64,000 nt of DNA from Sphingomicrobium sp. (GCA_035701045.1 DASSOB010000018.1:4583-68582); one strand, 5' to 3'; shown: positions 48,849 through 60,557, counted from the stretch's first letter. Numbers and translations: made by a program. Notes: generated by a model from the sequence alone, not told the origin.

Positions 48849-49343
48849 GTGGAGATCCTGCGAGGGGGAGGCGTCCGCGCGGTCGCGGATATCCGCAGCG
48901 TGCCGCGCTCCCGCACCAACCCCCAATATAATTTCGACGTGCTGGGGGCGGAGCTGGAGCCGCGGCAAATCGGCTACGGCCGAATCCCCGATTTGGGCGG
49001 GCTTCGCGGCCGCTCGCGCGAGGTGCCGCCGGAAATCAATGGCTATTGGGAAAACCGGAGCTTCCACAATTACGCCGATTATGCGCTGTCCGATGCCTTC
49101 GGCGAAGCGCTCGACCAGCTGGTCGCCGGGGCGGCCGAGGTCCCGACCGCGATCATGTGCGCCGAAGCGGTCTGGTGGCGCTGCCACCGGCGGATCGTCG
49201 CCGACTATCTGCTGCTGCGCGGCATCCCCGTCTTCCACCTCATGGGCGGCGGACGGATTGAACCCGCCACGATGACCGCGGCGGCGCGGGAAAAGGAAGG
49301 GCGATTGAACTATCCAGCCTTGGCAGCGCCGCCTCAGGCGTAG
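48849..49343 (+). CDS. DUF488 protein, paralogue 1 (conserved N-terminus extends upstream to about 48797 with no canonical start)
   Basis: GTG 48849 is the first start codon in the frame, but the in-frame upstream codons encode PPVFTIGHSTRSIPEF, the conserved first strand of DUF488. Also CAEAVWWRCHRR. Confidence 0.65.
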   Translation: MEILRGGGVRAVADIRSVPRSRTNPQYNFDVLGAELEPRQIGYGRIPDLGGLRGRSREVPPEINGYWENRSFHNYADYALSDAFGEALDQLVAGAAEVPTAIMCAEAVWWRCHRRIVADYLLLRGIPVFHLMGGGRIEPATMTAAAREKEGRLNYPALAAPPQA

Positions 49344-49765
49344 AGGTGGGTGACTTCCGCGTCGGCGGCGACCGCGTTGAGCAGCAGTGTGCGATGGCAA
49401 TGCGCCGGCTCGCGCTCCATGCACAACAATGCGCTCGGTTTCTCCTTGGCAAGGTCCAGCATCTGCGCCGACTGCGCGATGGCTTCCGGAAGCTCGAGCT
49501 GGCCCGAGTAGATGCGCTGGAGATCGGCGTGCCGACCTGCCCGCGCGGCCGCACGTCCGTCCGCCGGCGTGCCCAGTGCCTTCAGGTGCACATATTCGAT
49601 CCCCGCCTCTCCGAGCGCGCCCCTGAGCGGCGTCTTGGAAAAGCCTGGCCGGCGCGACAACGGCAGCGCGCGAACGTCGATCACCCGTTCCACTCCGGCC
49701 CGCTTCAGCGCGCCGATGAACTCCGGCGCGGTCATGCCCTCGTAGCCGATAGTGAAGATGTGCAT
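49334..49765 (-). CDS. DUF488 protein, paralogue 2
   Basis: ATG 49765 (MHIFTIGYEGMTAPEFIGAL). VIDVRALPLSRRPGF, CMEREPAHCHR. The 3' end overlaps paralogue 1 by 10 nt. Confidence 0.75.
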   Translation of the reverse strand: MHIFTIGYEGMTAPEFIGALKRAGVERVIDVRALPLSRRPGFSKTPLRGALGEAGIEYVHLKALGTPADGRAAARAGRHADLQRIYSGQLELPEAIAQSAQMLDLAKEKPSALLCMEREPAHCHRTLLLNAVAADAEVTHLYA

Positions 49766-49777
49766 GGTTGACCTTCC

Positions 49778-49862
49778 GTCATGCTGAACTCGTTTCAGCA
49801 TCCATTTCGGAGACGGGCACAGCACTTCACGAAAATGGACCCTGAAACAAGTTCAGGGTGAC
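49778..49862. repeat. Gene-less inverted doublet of GTCA-hairpin-TCCA elements (REPIN/MITE-like)
   Basis: GTCATGCTGAACTCGTTTCAGCATCCATTT (49778-49807) matches the reverse complement of 49833-49862 (GTCACCCTGAACTTGTTTCAGGGTCCATTT) at 25/30 positions. Both stem changes are compensated. The spacer is 25 nt. Confidence 0.65.
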
Positions 49863-49892
49863 GGCGCACGGCTCGGCCACTAATTGCGCACG

Positions 49893-51260
49893 ATGCCTTT
49901 CGACATCCAGATCATCGGCGGCGGGCTCGCCGGATCAGAGGCCGCGTGGCAGCTCGCGGAAGCGGGCTTCCGCGTCCGCCTCAGCGAAATGCGCGGCGGC
50001 GGCGACATGACGCCGGCGCATCAGACCGACCGCCTCGCCGAAATGGTCTGCTCGAACAGTTTCCGTTCGGACGATCCGGAGCACAATGCCGTCGGCCTGC
50101 TGCATCAGGAGATGCGCGCGCTGGATTCGCTCGTCATGAGGGCAGCGGACGCGCATCGGGTTCCGGCCGGTTCCGCACTCGCGGTCGACCGCGATGCTTT
50201 CGCCGCGGAAGTCACGCGGGCAATCGCCGGGCACCCGAACATCGCGATCGTGCGCGAGCGCGTCGACGCGCTGCCCGATCACCCCACGATCGTCGCCACC
50301 GGCCCACTGACCGGATCGAAGCTCGCCGAGGCTATTTCCACGGAGACCGGTGAAGGCACCCTGGCCTTCTTCGACGCCATCGCTCCGATCGTCCACCGCG
50401 ACAGCATCGGCATGGACGTCGCCTGGATGGCCGCGCGCTGGGACAAGGGCGGAAAAGACTATGTGAACTGTCCGTTGGACAAGCCGCAGTACGAAGCTTT
50501 TGTCGCGGCGCTGATCGAAGGCGAAAAGATGCCCTTCCACGAGTGGGAGAAGGACACGCCTTATTTCGAGGGCTGCATGCCGATCGAGGTCATGGCCGAG
50601 CGCGGTCCCGAGACCCTCCGCCACGGCCCGATGAAGCCGGTCGGCCTCGACAATCCCCGTACCGGTCGCTGGCCTTATGCGGTCGTCCAGCTCCGGCAGG
50701 ACAATGCGCTCGGCACCTTGTGGAACATGGTCGGCTTCCAGACCAAGCTGAAGCATGGCGAGCAAGTGCGGATATTCCGCAGCATCCCGGGCCTGGAGAA
50801 AGCCGAATTCGCCCGGCTTGGCGGAATCCACCGCAACAGCTTCATCAATTCGCCGCGGCTGCTCGACCGCGAGCTGCGCCTCAGGTCGAAGCCGAACATC
50901 CGTTTCGCCGGCCAGATCACCGGCTGTGAAGGCTATGTCGAAAGTGCCGGCGTCGGGATCCTCGCTGCCCGCTTCGCCGCTGCCGAGCTGCGCGGCGAAC
51001 AGCTGCCTTCGCCGCCCGTCGAATCCGCCCTGGGCGCGCTGCTCGGCCACATCACCGGCGGCGCCGACGCCGAGACCTTCCAGCCGATGAACGTCAACTT
51101 CGGCCTCATGCCGCCGCCCCCGGGCCAAGCCCGCAAAGCCGACCGCAAAAAAGCCTACAGCGACCGCGCCCGAGCGGCATTCGGCGAATGGCTGGAGGAA
51201 ATTCCTCCCCGCCGCGAAGCGGTGGGGAGGGGAACCGTGCGCAGCATGGTGGAGGGGTAA
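49893..51260 (+). CDS. trmFO: Methylenetetrahydrofolate--tRNA-(uracil-5-)-methyltransferase
   Basis: [35 protein letters not shown]. The last roughly 12 codons run into the inverted repeat of the DUF559 cassette. Confidence 0.9.
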   Translation: MPFDIQIIGGGLAGSEAAWQLAEAGFRVRLSEMRGGGDMTPAHQTDRLAEMVCSNSFRSDDPEHNAVGLLHQEMRALDSLVMRAADAHRVPAGSALAVDRDAFAAEVTRAIAGHPNIAIVRERVDALPDHPTIVATGPLTGSKLAEAISTETGEGTLAFFDAIAPIVHRDSIGMDVAWMAARWDKGGKDYVNCPLDKPQYEAFVAALIEGEKMPFHEWEKDTPYFEGCMPIEVMAERGPETLRHGPMKPVGLDNPRTGRWPYAVVQLRQDNALGTLWNMVGFQTKLKHGEQVRIFRSIPGLEKAEFARLGGIHRNSFINSPRLLDRELRLRSKPNIRFAGQITGCEGYVESAGVGILAARFAAAELRGEQLPSPPVESALGALLGHITGGADAETFQPMNVNFGLMPPPPGQARKADRKKAYSDRARAAFGEWLEEIPPRREAVGRGTVRSMVEG

Positions 51261-51653
51261 CTACCGCCCGCAGGCAAGAAGAATCGCCGTAACCACCGAC
51301 TGTAAGTCGCGGATCACATCCGTTGCGTTGAATCGCAGGACTCGCAGACCCCGGCTGCGAAGCCAATGATCCCGACGGACATCCCGCTCGGGATTGTCGC
51401 CCATCGAATGACTCTCGCCATCCACCAATGGCGAGCCGCGTCGCGGGGCAATAGAAGTCTACGATGCAGCGGCCGATCGGGTGCTGATACCTGAATTTGA
51501 GTCCGTCCGGACGCTGCCGAAGCACTTGCCAAAGCATGCCTTCCGGGAGCGTCATGCTGCGTTTCAGGGCGCGAGCCCGCAGCACTGTCTCGTTCTTGTC
51601 TCGTCTTGGTGGCATTGACCCCTCCACCATCCTCCGGATGGTTCCCCTCCCCA
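51223..51653. mobile_element. Inverted-repeat-bounded DUF559 endonuclease cassette (candidate selfish element)
   Basis: CCCCTCCACCATCCTCCGGATGGTTCCCCTCCCCA (51619-51653) matches the reverse complement of 51223-51257 at 31/35 positions. The ORF start and stop each lie 3 nt inside the repeats. Confidence 0.45.
51261..51615 (-). pseudogene. DUF559 (Vsr-like endonuclease fold) gene with an internal frameshift
   Basis: MPPRRDKNETVLRARALKRSMTLPEGMLWQVLRQRPDGLKFRYQHPIGRCIVDFYCPATRLAI is in one frame. VDGESHSMGDNPERDVRRDHWLRSRGLRVLRFNATDVIRDLQSVVTAILLACGR is in another. The junction lies at 51424-51431. Confidence 0.75.
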
Positions 51654-51669
51654 TCTGTCGATGGGGAGG
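51646..51669 (-). terminator. Hairpin after the EF-hand gene
   Basis: CCTCCCCAT-CTGTCG-ATGGGGAGG, a 9-bp stem starting 5 nt below the stop at 51674. Partly overlaps the cassette repeat. Confidence 0.4.
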
Positions 51670-51673
51670 AATG

Positions 51674-52135
51674 CTAATCGTCGTCGCTCGCGTTCCGCGA
51701 GACGTAGGTCTGGCTGCAGCTGCACGTCCTGTGCTTCGGTAGCGGCGGGGCGGTGGTGGCGTATTCGGCGACGGTGAGGAGACCGTTGCGGTCCTTGTCC
51801 GCGCCCTTGAACTTGTCGATCGTCGTGTGCGCCCATTCCTCGAAGGCCAGCGAACCGTTGCCGTTCGTATCCAGCTTGGCGAACGCTTTCCGCCGCGGGC
51901 CGAGCAACTCCTCGGATTCGATCTTGCCATTCTTGTTCTTGTCCGCGCGGCTGAACCGCCGTTCCTCGCGGCTTTTCGTGCTGGCCTCCGGAGCCTGAAG
52001 CATCGACGCACTGTAGGTGCGCGCCGGCGGAGCGCCGGGGATCCCCGGGCCCTGCTCTGCGCGCGACTGCCAGATGAGGAAGGCGCCGGTCATCAGCAGG
52101 AAGCACGCCGCGGCACCGGCGAAGAAACGAAGCAT
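51674..52135 (-). CDS. Membrane-anchored/secreted EF-hand protein
   Basis: ATG 52135 after AAGGAG. MLRFFAGAAACFLLMTGAFLIW. EF loops DKNKNGKIESEE, DTNGNGSLAFEE and DKDRNGLLTVAE. Confidence 0.7.
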   Translation of the reverse strand: MLRFFAGAAACFLLMTGAFLIWQSRAEQGPGIPGAPPARTYSASMLQAPEASTKSREERRFSRADKNKNGKIESEELLGPRRKAFAKLDTNGNGSLAFEEWAHTTIDKFKGADKDRNGLLTVAEYATTAPPLPKHRTCSCSQTYVSRNASDDD

Positions 52136-52204
52136 CGGCAAATCTCCTTTGTCGGAGGAGATTCGGCACGCGCTCATGCTCCGAAACCAAGCGGTTCGTG
52201 TCAA

Positions 52205-52783
52205 CTACAGTCGCGGAATCCGTCCGCCGAGCCGATGGCGGAGCATCGCTGCGGCATGCCCGGCCGTGCCCTCGCGCTCGAGCGGCTCGCCGTGGCGGCA
52301 ATCGCGCACCGCGAGCGCCGCGAGCATCGAAAGCGGACGAAGATGCGCCGCGAACCGCGCTCCGCCGATCCGCCTCGCGAACGAGCGCGCCTGACCCATC
52401 AGCATCTGCCGCGACTCCCGATCGCTGCAATGCCGCGCCGAATCGACCAGCGCCCAGAGGCCGCCCGCCGTCTGGATCGCCTCGCCGGCCTGGCCAAGCA
52501 CGCGCGCGCCCAGCCCGAACAGCAGATTGCCGCGCAGCCAGATCGCCTCGCTGGTCTCGATCGTCCACGGAAACGGGTCGAACAGGTGCAGCCAGCCCTG
52601 TTCCAGGCCCGCGAGGTCGCGTCCGCTGACGCCGCGCGGCAGGAGCTCGCGCTCGATTGCCTGCAGCCGCGGCTCGGGCGGGGCCGGGACTCCCGCGTCC
52701 AGCTCCTCCAGGCGCTCGCGCCACCACGCAAGACGGATCGGGCCGAGCATCGGCTCGCGGGTCGTGCGCACGACATCGCCCAT
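52205..52783 (-). CDS. Squalene/phytoene synthase family-like protein (conserved N-terminus extends upstream of ATG 52783)
   Basis: TREPMLGPIRLAWWRERL. The in-frame upstream codons encode ADRALALSYVPPVVRSSIEALFLIDAA, but that stretch has no ATG, GTG or TTG. Confidence 0.6.
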   Translation of the reverse strand: MGDVVRTTREPMLGPIRLAWWRERLEELDAGVPAPPEPRLQAIERELLPRGVSGRDLAGLEQGWLHLFDPFPWTIETSEAIWLRGNLLFGLGARVLGQAGEAIQTAGGLWALVDSARHCSDRESRQMLMGQARSFARRIGGARFAAHLRPLSMLAALAVRDCRHGEPLEREGTAGHAAAMLRHRLGGRIPRL

Positions 52784-52886
52784 CGCCGCATCGATCAGGA
52801 ACAGCGCCTCGATAGACGAACGGACAACAGGGGGAACATAACTCAGCGCAAGCGCGCGGTCGGCACCAAGCGCTGGCCGTATATTC

Positions 52887-54320
52887 TCAGCGATAGCAGA
52901 CGGCCTTCACCGCCTCGACCACCTCGGAAGCCTTGATCAGCGCCAGCTTCTCGAGATTGGCGGCATAAGGCAGCGGAACGTCCTTGTCCGTCACGCGCAG
53001 CACCGGCGCGTCGAGATCGTCAAAGCCCTCGGTCATCGCGATGGCGATGAGTTCCGAAGCGATCGAACAGACCGGCCAGCCCTCCTCGACGATCACCATC
53101 CGGTTCGTCCGCTTCAGGCTTTCGAGCACCGTGGCCTTGTCGAGCGGGCGGAGCGTGCGAAGGTCGATCACCTCGGCGTTGATCCCCTGCCCCATCAGCT
53201 CCTGCGCCGCTTCCAGCGCGACGCCGACGCCGATCGAGTAACTGACGACGGTGACGTCCTTACCCGGCCGCACCACCCGCGCCTTGCCGATCGGAAGGAC
53301 GTAGTCGTCCATCTGGGGAACGTCGAAATGCTGGCCGTAAAGCAATTCGTTCTCGAGGAAGACGACCGGATCCTCGGTGCGGATCGCCGCCTTCAGCAGC
53401 CCCTTGGCGTCCGCGGCGGTGTAGGGCGCGATCACCACCAGGCCGGGCACATGCGCGTACCAGCTGGCGTAATTCTGGCTGTGCTGCGCCGCCACGCGCG
53501 CCGCGGCGCCGTTCGGCCCGCGGAACACCATCGGGCAGCGCATCTGCCCGCCCGACATGTAATTGGTCTTCGCGGCCGAGTTCACGATATGGTCGATCGC
53601 CTGCATCGCGAAGTTGAAGGTCATGAACTCGACGATCGGGCGAAGGCCGCCCATCGCCGCGCCCGTGCCGACTCCCGCGAAACCATATTCGGTGATCGGC
53701 GTATCGACGACGCGCCTGGCGCCGAACTCGTCGAGCAGGCCCTGCGTGACTTTGTAGGCGCCCTGATACTCCGCGACTTCCTCGCCCATTATGAACACGC
53801 GCTCATCCGCGCGCATTTCCTCCGCCATGGCGTCGCGCAGCGCCTCGCGCACGGTCATGGAGACGAGCGGCGTGCCCTCCGGCACCTCGGGATCGTCGTG
53901 GGTCTTGGTCACGTCGGCGACGAGGTCACGCGCCGCGGTCTCGAACACGTGCGGAGTCGGCGTGGCTTCATCCTGCTGCGATTCGGGCTGCGGGATCGAG
54001 GGTGTTTCGGCGGAGGCCGCCTTGGGCTGCTCCTTGGTATCGGATACAGGCTCGGCCGCAGGCGCATTGACCTCCTCTCCGTCCGCCGCCAGCAAGGCAA
54101 TCGCCTGGCCAACCTTCACCCCGTCGGTCCCCTCGGGCACCAGGATTTTCGCGATCTTGCCCTCGTCGACCGCCTCGAATTCCATCGTCGCTTTGTCGGT
54201 CTCGATCTCGGCGAGGATGTCGCCGGACTTCACCTCGTCGCCTTCCTTGACGAGCCACTTGGCGAGAGTCCCTTCCTCCATCGTCGGGGACAGGGCCGGC
54301 ATTTTCAGCTCTGTGGCCAT
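52887..54320 (-). CDS. pdhB: Pyruvate dehydrogenase E1 beta subunit with N-terminal lipoyl domain
   Basis: 477 aa. Lipoyl domain [43 protein letters not shown], an acidic/Pro linker, then the transketolase-like beta subunit. Confidence 0.92.
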   Translation of the reverse strand: MATELKMPALSPTMEEGTLAKWLVKEGDEVKSGDILAEIETDKATMEFEAVDEGKIAKILVPEGTDGVKVGQAIALLAADGEEVNAPAAEPVSDTKEQPKAASAETPSIPQPESQQDEATPTPHVFETAARDLVADVTKTHDDPEVPEGTPLVSMTVREALRDAMAEEMRADERVFIMGEEVAEYQGAYKVTQGLLDEFGARRVVDTPITEYGFAGVGTGAAMGGLRPIVEFMTFNFAMQAIDHIVNSAAKTNYMSGGQMRCPMVFRGPNGAAARVAAQHSQNYASWYAHVPGLVVIAPYTAADAKGLLKAAIRTEDPVVFLENELLYGQHFDVPQMDDYVLPIGKARVVRPGKDVTVVSYSIGVGVALEAAQELMGQGINAEVIDLRTLRPLDKATVLESLKRTNRMVIVEEGWPVCSIASELIAIAMTEGFDDLDAPVLRVTDKDVPLPYAANLEKLALIKASEVVEAVKAVCYR

Positions 54321-55372
54321 CAGTAGGCCCCCACCAGCACGTCGGTGTAGAGTTCGGACGGATCGGGCTCCGGCGCTTCTTCGGCGAACTTCGCAGCTCC
54401 GACCACGATGTCCTTAATCTCCTTGTCGATTGCTTTGAGCTCTTCTTCCTTGACCCCCATCTTCTCCAGCTCGCGCTCGACGTGGGTGATCGGGTCGCGA
54501 GTCTCGCGCACCTCCTGCACTTCCTCGCGAGTCCGGTACTTGGCCGGGTCCGACATCGAATGGCCGCGATAGCGATAGGTCAGGAACTCGATGATGATCG
54601 GCCCCTTGCCGCCGCGCACCCATTTCAGCGCGACGTCGGCCGCGCCGCGCACCGCCAACACGTCCATGCCGTCGACCTGGAAGCCGGGAATGCGGAAGCT
54701 CTCGCCGTGGCGGTAGAGCAAAGGCTCGGCGTGCGAGCGGTTGACGCTCGTCCCCATCGCATATTTGTTGTTCTCGATCGCGTAGATGGCCGGCAGGTTC
54801 CACAGCTTGGCCATGTTGAAGGCTTCGGAAACCTGCCCCTGGTTGACCGCGCCGTCGCCCATGTAGGTGAGGCAGACGCCGCCGTCCTCGCGATATTTGT
54901 GGGCGAAGGCGAGCCCCGTGCCGAGCGGCACCTGAGCGCCGACGATCCCGTGGCCGCCGTAGAACTTATGCTCGACGCTGAACATGTGCATCGAGCCGCC
55001 CTTGCCCTTGGAAATCCCCGCTTCGCGGCCGGTCAGCTCGGCCATGATGATCTTCGGATCGATCCCGTAGGCGAGCATGTGGCCATGATCGCGATAGCCG
55101 GTGATGACGCTGTCCAGCTTGTCGTTCATCGCCGACTGCAGCCCGACCGCCACCGCCTCCTGGCCGATGTACAGGTGGCAAAAGCCGCCAATCAGCCCGA
55201 GTCCGTAAAGCTGGCCCGCTCGCTCTTCGAAGCGGCGGATGAGCAGCATCTGCTTGTACAGGCCGAGCAATTCGTCCTTCGACGCCTTGTAGCGCTTGGG
55301 CTGCGGCGGTTTGGGGACGTCGGGAGCCTGGGCAACGGGCGTAACGATGGATTTCTTGGCGGAGCGCGCCAC
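54320..55372 (-). CDS. pdhA: Pyruvate dehydrogenase E1 alpha subunit
   Basis: [27 protein letters not shown] (ThDP motif). Start probably GTG 55372; the ORF-track start is 55432. Confidence 0.9.
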   Translation of the reverse strand: MARSAKKSIVTPVAQAPDVPKPPQPKRYKASKDELLGLYKQMLLIRRFEERAGQLYGLGLIGGFCHLYIGQEAVAVGLQSAMNDKLDSVITGYRDHGHMLAYGIDPKIIMAELTGREAGISKGKGGSMHMFSVEHKFYGGHGIVGAQVPLGTGLAFAHKYREDGGVCLTYMGDGAVNQGQVSEAFNMAKLWNLPAIYAIENNKYAMGTSVNRSHAEPLLYRHGESFRIPGFQVDGMDVLAVRGAADVALKWVRGGKGPIIIEFLTYRYRGHSMSDPAKYRTREEVQEVRETRDPITHVERELEKMGVKEEELKAIDKEIKDIVVGAAKFAEEAPEPDPSELYTDVLVGAY

Positions 55373-55439
55373 TTTTCTCTCTCTCAATCTGGAAGCGCGC
55401 CAGCCTATAGGAGGCGGTTCGAGAAGCGGCAACTGCCCC

Positions 55440-55748
55440 TCAGTTGAGCGGGACGATCACCTCGTCCGGGCGGACCAGTCCCAGGTCCTTGCGCACCAGC
55501 TCGTCGGCCATGTCGGGATCGGCCTTCTCGGGATTGAGGAGCTGCGAGCGATGCTCGAGCCGGGCCTTTTCTTGTTCGAGTTGGGCAAGCTCCACTTGGC
55601 GCTGGCTGAGCGCCCGATGATAGCCGCCCCAGGCAAGAATGCCGTTGGGCCCCGCAATCGCATGACCAGCGAAAGTGCCGACGACGATCAGCGCCAGCGC
55701 AGGCACCGCAGCACGCCGAATGAGTCCGAAAATGCGCCCGCCGCCCAT
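55440..55748 (-). CDS. ftsB: Septum formation initiator (FtsB/DivIC family)
   Basis: 102 aa. TM helix PALALIVVGTFAGHAI, coiled coil LSQRQVELAQLEQEKARLEHR, then VRKDLGLVRPDE. Confidence 0.75.
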   Translation of the reverse strand: MGGGRIFGLIRRAAVPALALIVVGTFAGHAIAGPNGILAWGGYHRALSQRQVELAQLEQEKARLEHRSQLLNPEKADPDMADELVRKDLGLVRPDEVIVPLN

Positions 55749-55834
55749 GACGTCATGAAAGAATCACGAGCGAGTCCCAAACGCAAGCGAAAAGAATGAT
55801 TTGGTGGATAATTCGCGGATAAATTTGTGGAAGA

Positions 55835-55967
55835 AAGCCCCTCTCCCCCTTGCGGGAGAGGGAGGGGCCCGCTGCGAAGCAGTGGGAGGGTGAGGGGGCG
55901 GCGCGTGATGTCCACGCCCCCACCCGCCTCGCTACGCTCGGCACCCTTTCCCGCAAGGGGAGAGGGG

Positions 55968-55968
<1 letters not shown>
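55835..55968. repeat. About 134-nt imperfect palindrome: two inverted copies of a CCCCTCTCCCC-TTGC-GGGAGAGGG-type element
   Basis: The left copy AGCCCCTCTCCCCCTTGCGGGAGAGGGAGGGGCC matches the reverse complement of the right end (AGCCCCTCTCCCCTTGCGGGAAAGGGTG). The right end abuts the eno stop. Confidence 0.55.
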
Positions 55969-58320
<2,352 letters not shown>

Positions 58321-58324
<4 letters not shown>

Positions 58325-58662
58325 GCGACGAACGGTTCAGGGCCGCCGAGTTCGAGGTCGACCGCGCGCGCGGGAAGCTCATTGGAACGCTGAACGAGGT
58401 CTCGCGCCAGTTCGAGCCGCACCGCCTGATCGAGGAAGTGTGGGACAAGGCGAAGGACAAGGGCGCCTCGCTCGCCGAGGACGCCGTCGACGCCGTCTCG
58501 CGCCGGCCGGTCGCGACCGGCGCGGTCATCGCTGGCCTCGTCGCCTTTTTCGCGCGCGAGCCGTTGATGGATTTCGCGGGCAAGCTCGTCGACGGTACCA
58601 GGAAAAAGTCACGCAAGCGCCGGAAGGCGCCTCACAAACAGCAGACGGAGGAAACCGCATGA
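58321..58662 (+). CDS. DUF3618-like small protein with a C-terminal TM helix
   Basis: ATG 58321 (MSDERFRAAEFEVDRARGKLIGTLNEV). TM helix PVATGAVIAGLVAFFA. ATGA overlap with the next gene. Confidence 0.55.
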
Positions 58663-59078
58663 TCGACCAGGACAGCGGCCGGGACTCGGACCTGGAGCAA
58701 GACGAAAGCACAAGCCCTCGCCAGCGCGCGATCGAAGCTTATGAAAGTGCCCGCGAACGGGCAGCCGGGACGCTCGGTGAGGCCCCGCTCCTCGCGCTTG
58801 CCGGCGGGCTTGCCGCCGGAGCGCTGATTGCCGCGCTTCTCCCCAGGAGCGAGACGGAATCGCGCCTGATCCGGCCGACCGCCAGGCGCGTCAAGGATAC
58901 CGCCCGTGTCGCCGCGCGCGCTGCCCGCGACTCCGGTTCGCAGCGGCTCGAGGAGCTCGGCCTCACGCGGCAGAAAGGCGAAGAGACGATCCGCAGCCTG
59001 TTCGAGGGTGTTACCGACGCGGCGAAGACCTCGGCCGAAGCGGCGCTGGGCGCCGCCCGAAACCACGACAAGCGCTGA
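58659..59078 (+). CDS. Hypothetical single-TM protein
   Basis: ATG 58659 (MIDQDSGRDSDLEQDES...). TM helix APLLALAGGLAAGALIAALLP. Confidence 0.5.
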   Translation: MIDQDSGRDSDLEQDESTSPRQRAIEAYESARERAAGTLGEAPLLALAGGLAAGALIAALLPRSETESRLIRPTARRVKDTARVAARAARDSGSQRLEELGLTRQKGEETIRSLFEGVTDAAKTSAEAALGAARNHDKR

Positions 59079-59109
59079 CGCCGGTTCCGGAATCGGTTAG
59101 CGGAAGGGC

Positions 59110-59355
59110 ATGAGCAAGCTTCACCTGGTCTTCGGCGGGCGGGTCAATGATCCCCGTACCCTCGACTTCGACCTCGACAGCATCGACGTCGTCGGCGTCT
59201 ACGACAATTACACGGCAGCCGAAGAAGCCTGGCGCGCCGCCGCCCAGCGCAGCGTCGACGACGCCGAGATGAAATATGTCGTCGTCCACCTCCACCGCCT
59301 GCTGGAGCCCGACATGGAGGGCATTTCCCGCCCGAAGGCGTCAGCCAAGACCTAG
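59110..59355 (+). CDS. DUF4170-like small protein
   Basis: 81 aa: MSKLHLVFGGRVNDPRTLDFDLDSIDVVGVYDNYTAAEEAWRAAAQRSVDDAEMKYVVVHLHRLLEP. Confidence 0.65.
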   Translation: MSKLHLVFGGRVNDPRTLDFDLDSIDVVGVYDNYTAAEEAWRAAAQRSVDDAEMKYVVVHLHRLLEPDMEGISRPKASAKT

Positions 59356-59981
59356 GCCTTCCGGTACCGCCACAGCAGCAGCGGCCGCTGGAGCAGCAAA
59401 CCGAGCGCGAATCCGCCGACGTGCGCCGGGGTTGCCAGTAAATAGCCCTGGCTGCCGGCGAGCACGCCCATCATCACTTGGAGCACGACCCAGGCGACAA
59501 GCAGCCACAATGCATTGATCCACCGGTTGAGCGTGACCGAGTTCGTGACCTGTTTCGCCCTGCCGAAGCTCAGCGCGAACGCACCGATGACCGCGCTGAT
59601 GGCGCCACTGGCGCCGATCATCGGCACTACGCCCATCGGATCGAGCGCCCATTGCGCGAGCGCCGCGGCATAAGCGCCGATGACGTAAAGGACGACCAGC
59701 CCGGTTTTCCCGATCACGCGCTCCACCGCGGCCCCGCACCAGACGAATATCAGCAGGTTGAAGCCGAGATGGACCAGGCCGGAGTGGACCAGAGTCGCGG
59801 TCAGGGGCGTCAGGAACGCCGGCACCGCGGGCCAGGGCGCCGGGATTCCGCTGAGGCGGGCGGGAATGAAGCCGAGCGTGAGCGCGGCCCAGTCATTGCG
59901 GCCGAAGACGAGCGCAGCCAGCCACGCCAGCGCGGTAATCGCGGCGATGACGTTCGTCGCGCTTCGGGTGATGCGATCCAC
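59352..59981 (-). CDS. Rhomboid family intramembrane serine protease
   Basis: 209 aa, six TM helices. Catalytic GASGAISAVIG and HVGGFALG. Confidence 0.8.
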   Translation of the reverse strand: MDRITRSATNVIAAITALAWLAALVFGRNDWAALTLGFIPARLSGIPAPWPAVPAFLTPLTATLVHSGLVHLGFNLLIFVWCGAAVERVIGKTGLVVLYVIGAYAAALAQWALDPMGVVPMIGASGAISAVIGAFALSFGRAKQVTNSVTLNRWINALWLLVAWVVLQVMMGVLAGSQGYLLATPAHVGGFALGLLLQRPLLLWRYRKA

Positions 59982-59989
59982 CGAAGTGC

Positions 59990-60469
59990 TCAGACGAACT
60001 CGATCTTCTTGACCTCGTAATAACGGTCGCCCGACGGCGTCGTCACCTCGACCTCGTCGCCGGCCTGCCGGCCGATGAGCGCCCGGCCGAGCGGCGAATT
60101 GAAGCTGATCCGCCCGACCTTCGCGTCCGCCTCGTTCTGGCCGACGAGCTGGTATTTCACCTTCTTCTCGTCCTCGTCGATCAAGGTGACGGTCGCGCCG
60201 AAGACGATCTTGTCGCCCGACAGAGTCGACGGGTCGATCACCATCGCCCGGCTGAGCTGGTCCTCGAGATCGGCGATCGTCGCCTCGACATGGCCCTGCC
60301 GCTCCTTGGCGGCATGATATTCGGCGTTCTCGGAGAGGTCGCCGTGCGCGCGCGCCGCCTCGATCGCCTCGACGATGGCCGGCCGCTCCTCGATGCGAAG
60401 CCGCCGAAGCTCATCGTTCAGCTTGCGATGGCCCTCGGCCAGCATCGGCACCTTTTCGGCAGTCGCCAT
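59990..60469 (-). CDS. greA: Transcription elongation factor GreA
   Basis: 159 aa with [22 protein letters not shown] and [13 protein letters not shown]. Confidence 0.92.
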   Translation of the reverse strand: MATAEKVPMLAEGHRKLNDELRRLRIEERPAIVEAIEAARAHGDLSENAEYHAAKERQGHVEATIADLEDQLSRAMVIDPSTLSGDKIVFGATVTLIDEDEKKVKYQLVGQNEADAKVGRISFNSPLGRALIGRQAGDEVEVTTPSGDRYYEVKKIEFV

Positions 60470-60557
60470 GTCTCAAAACCCTTTTCAATGCTCTGCCGGA
60501 GCGCGCTGCAGGAGCACGCGGAGCCCGGTCGCAGAATTGTCGATTAAAGCCTGTCTC

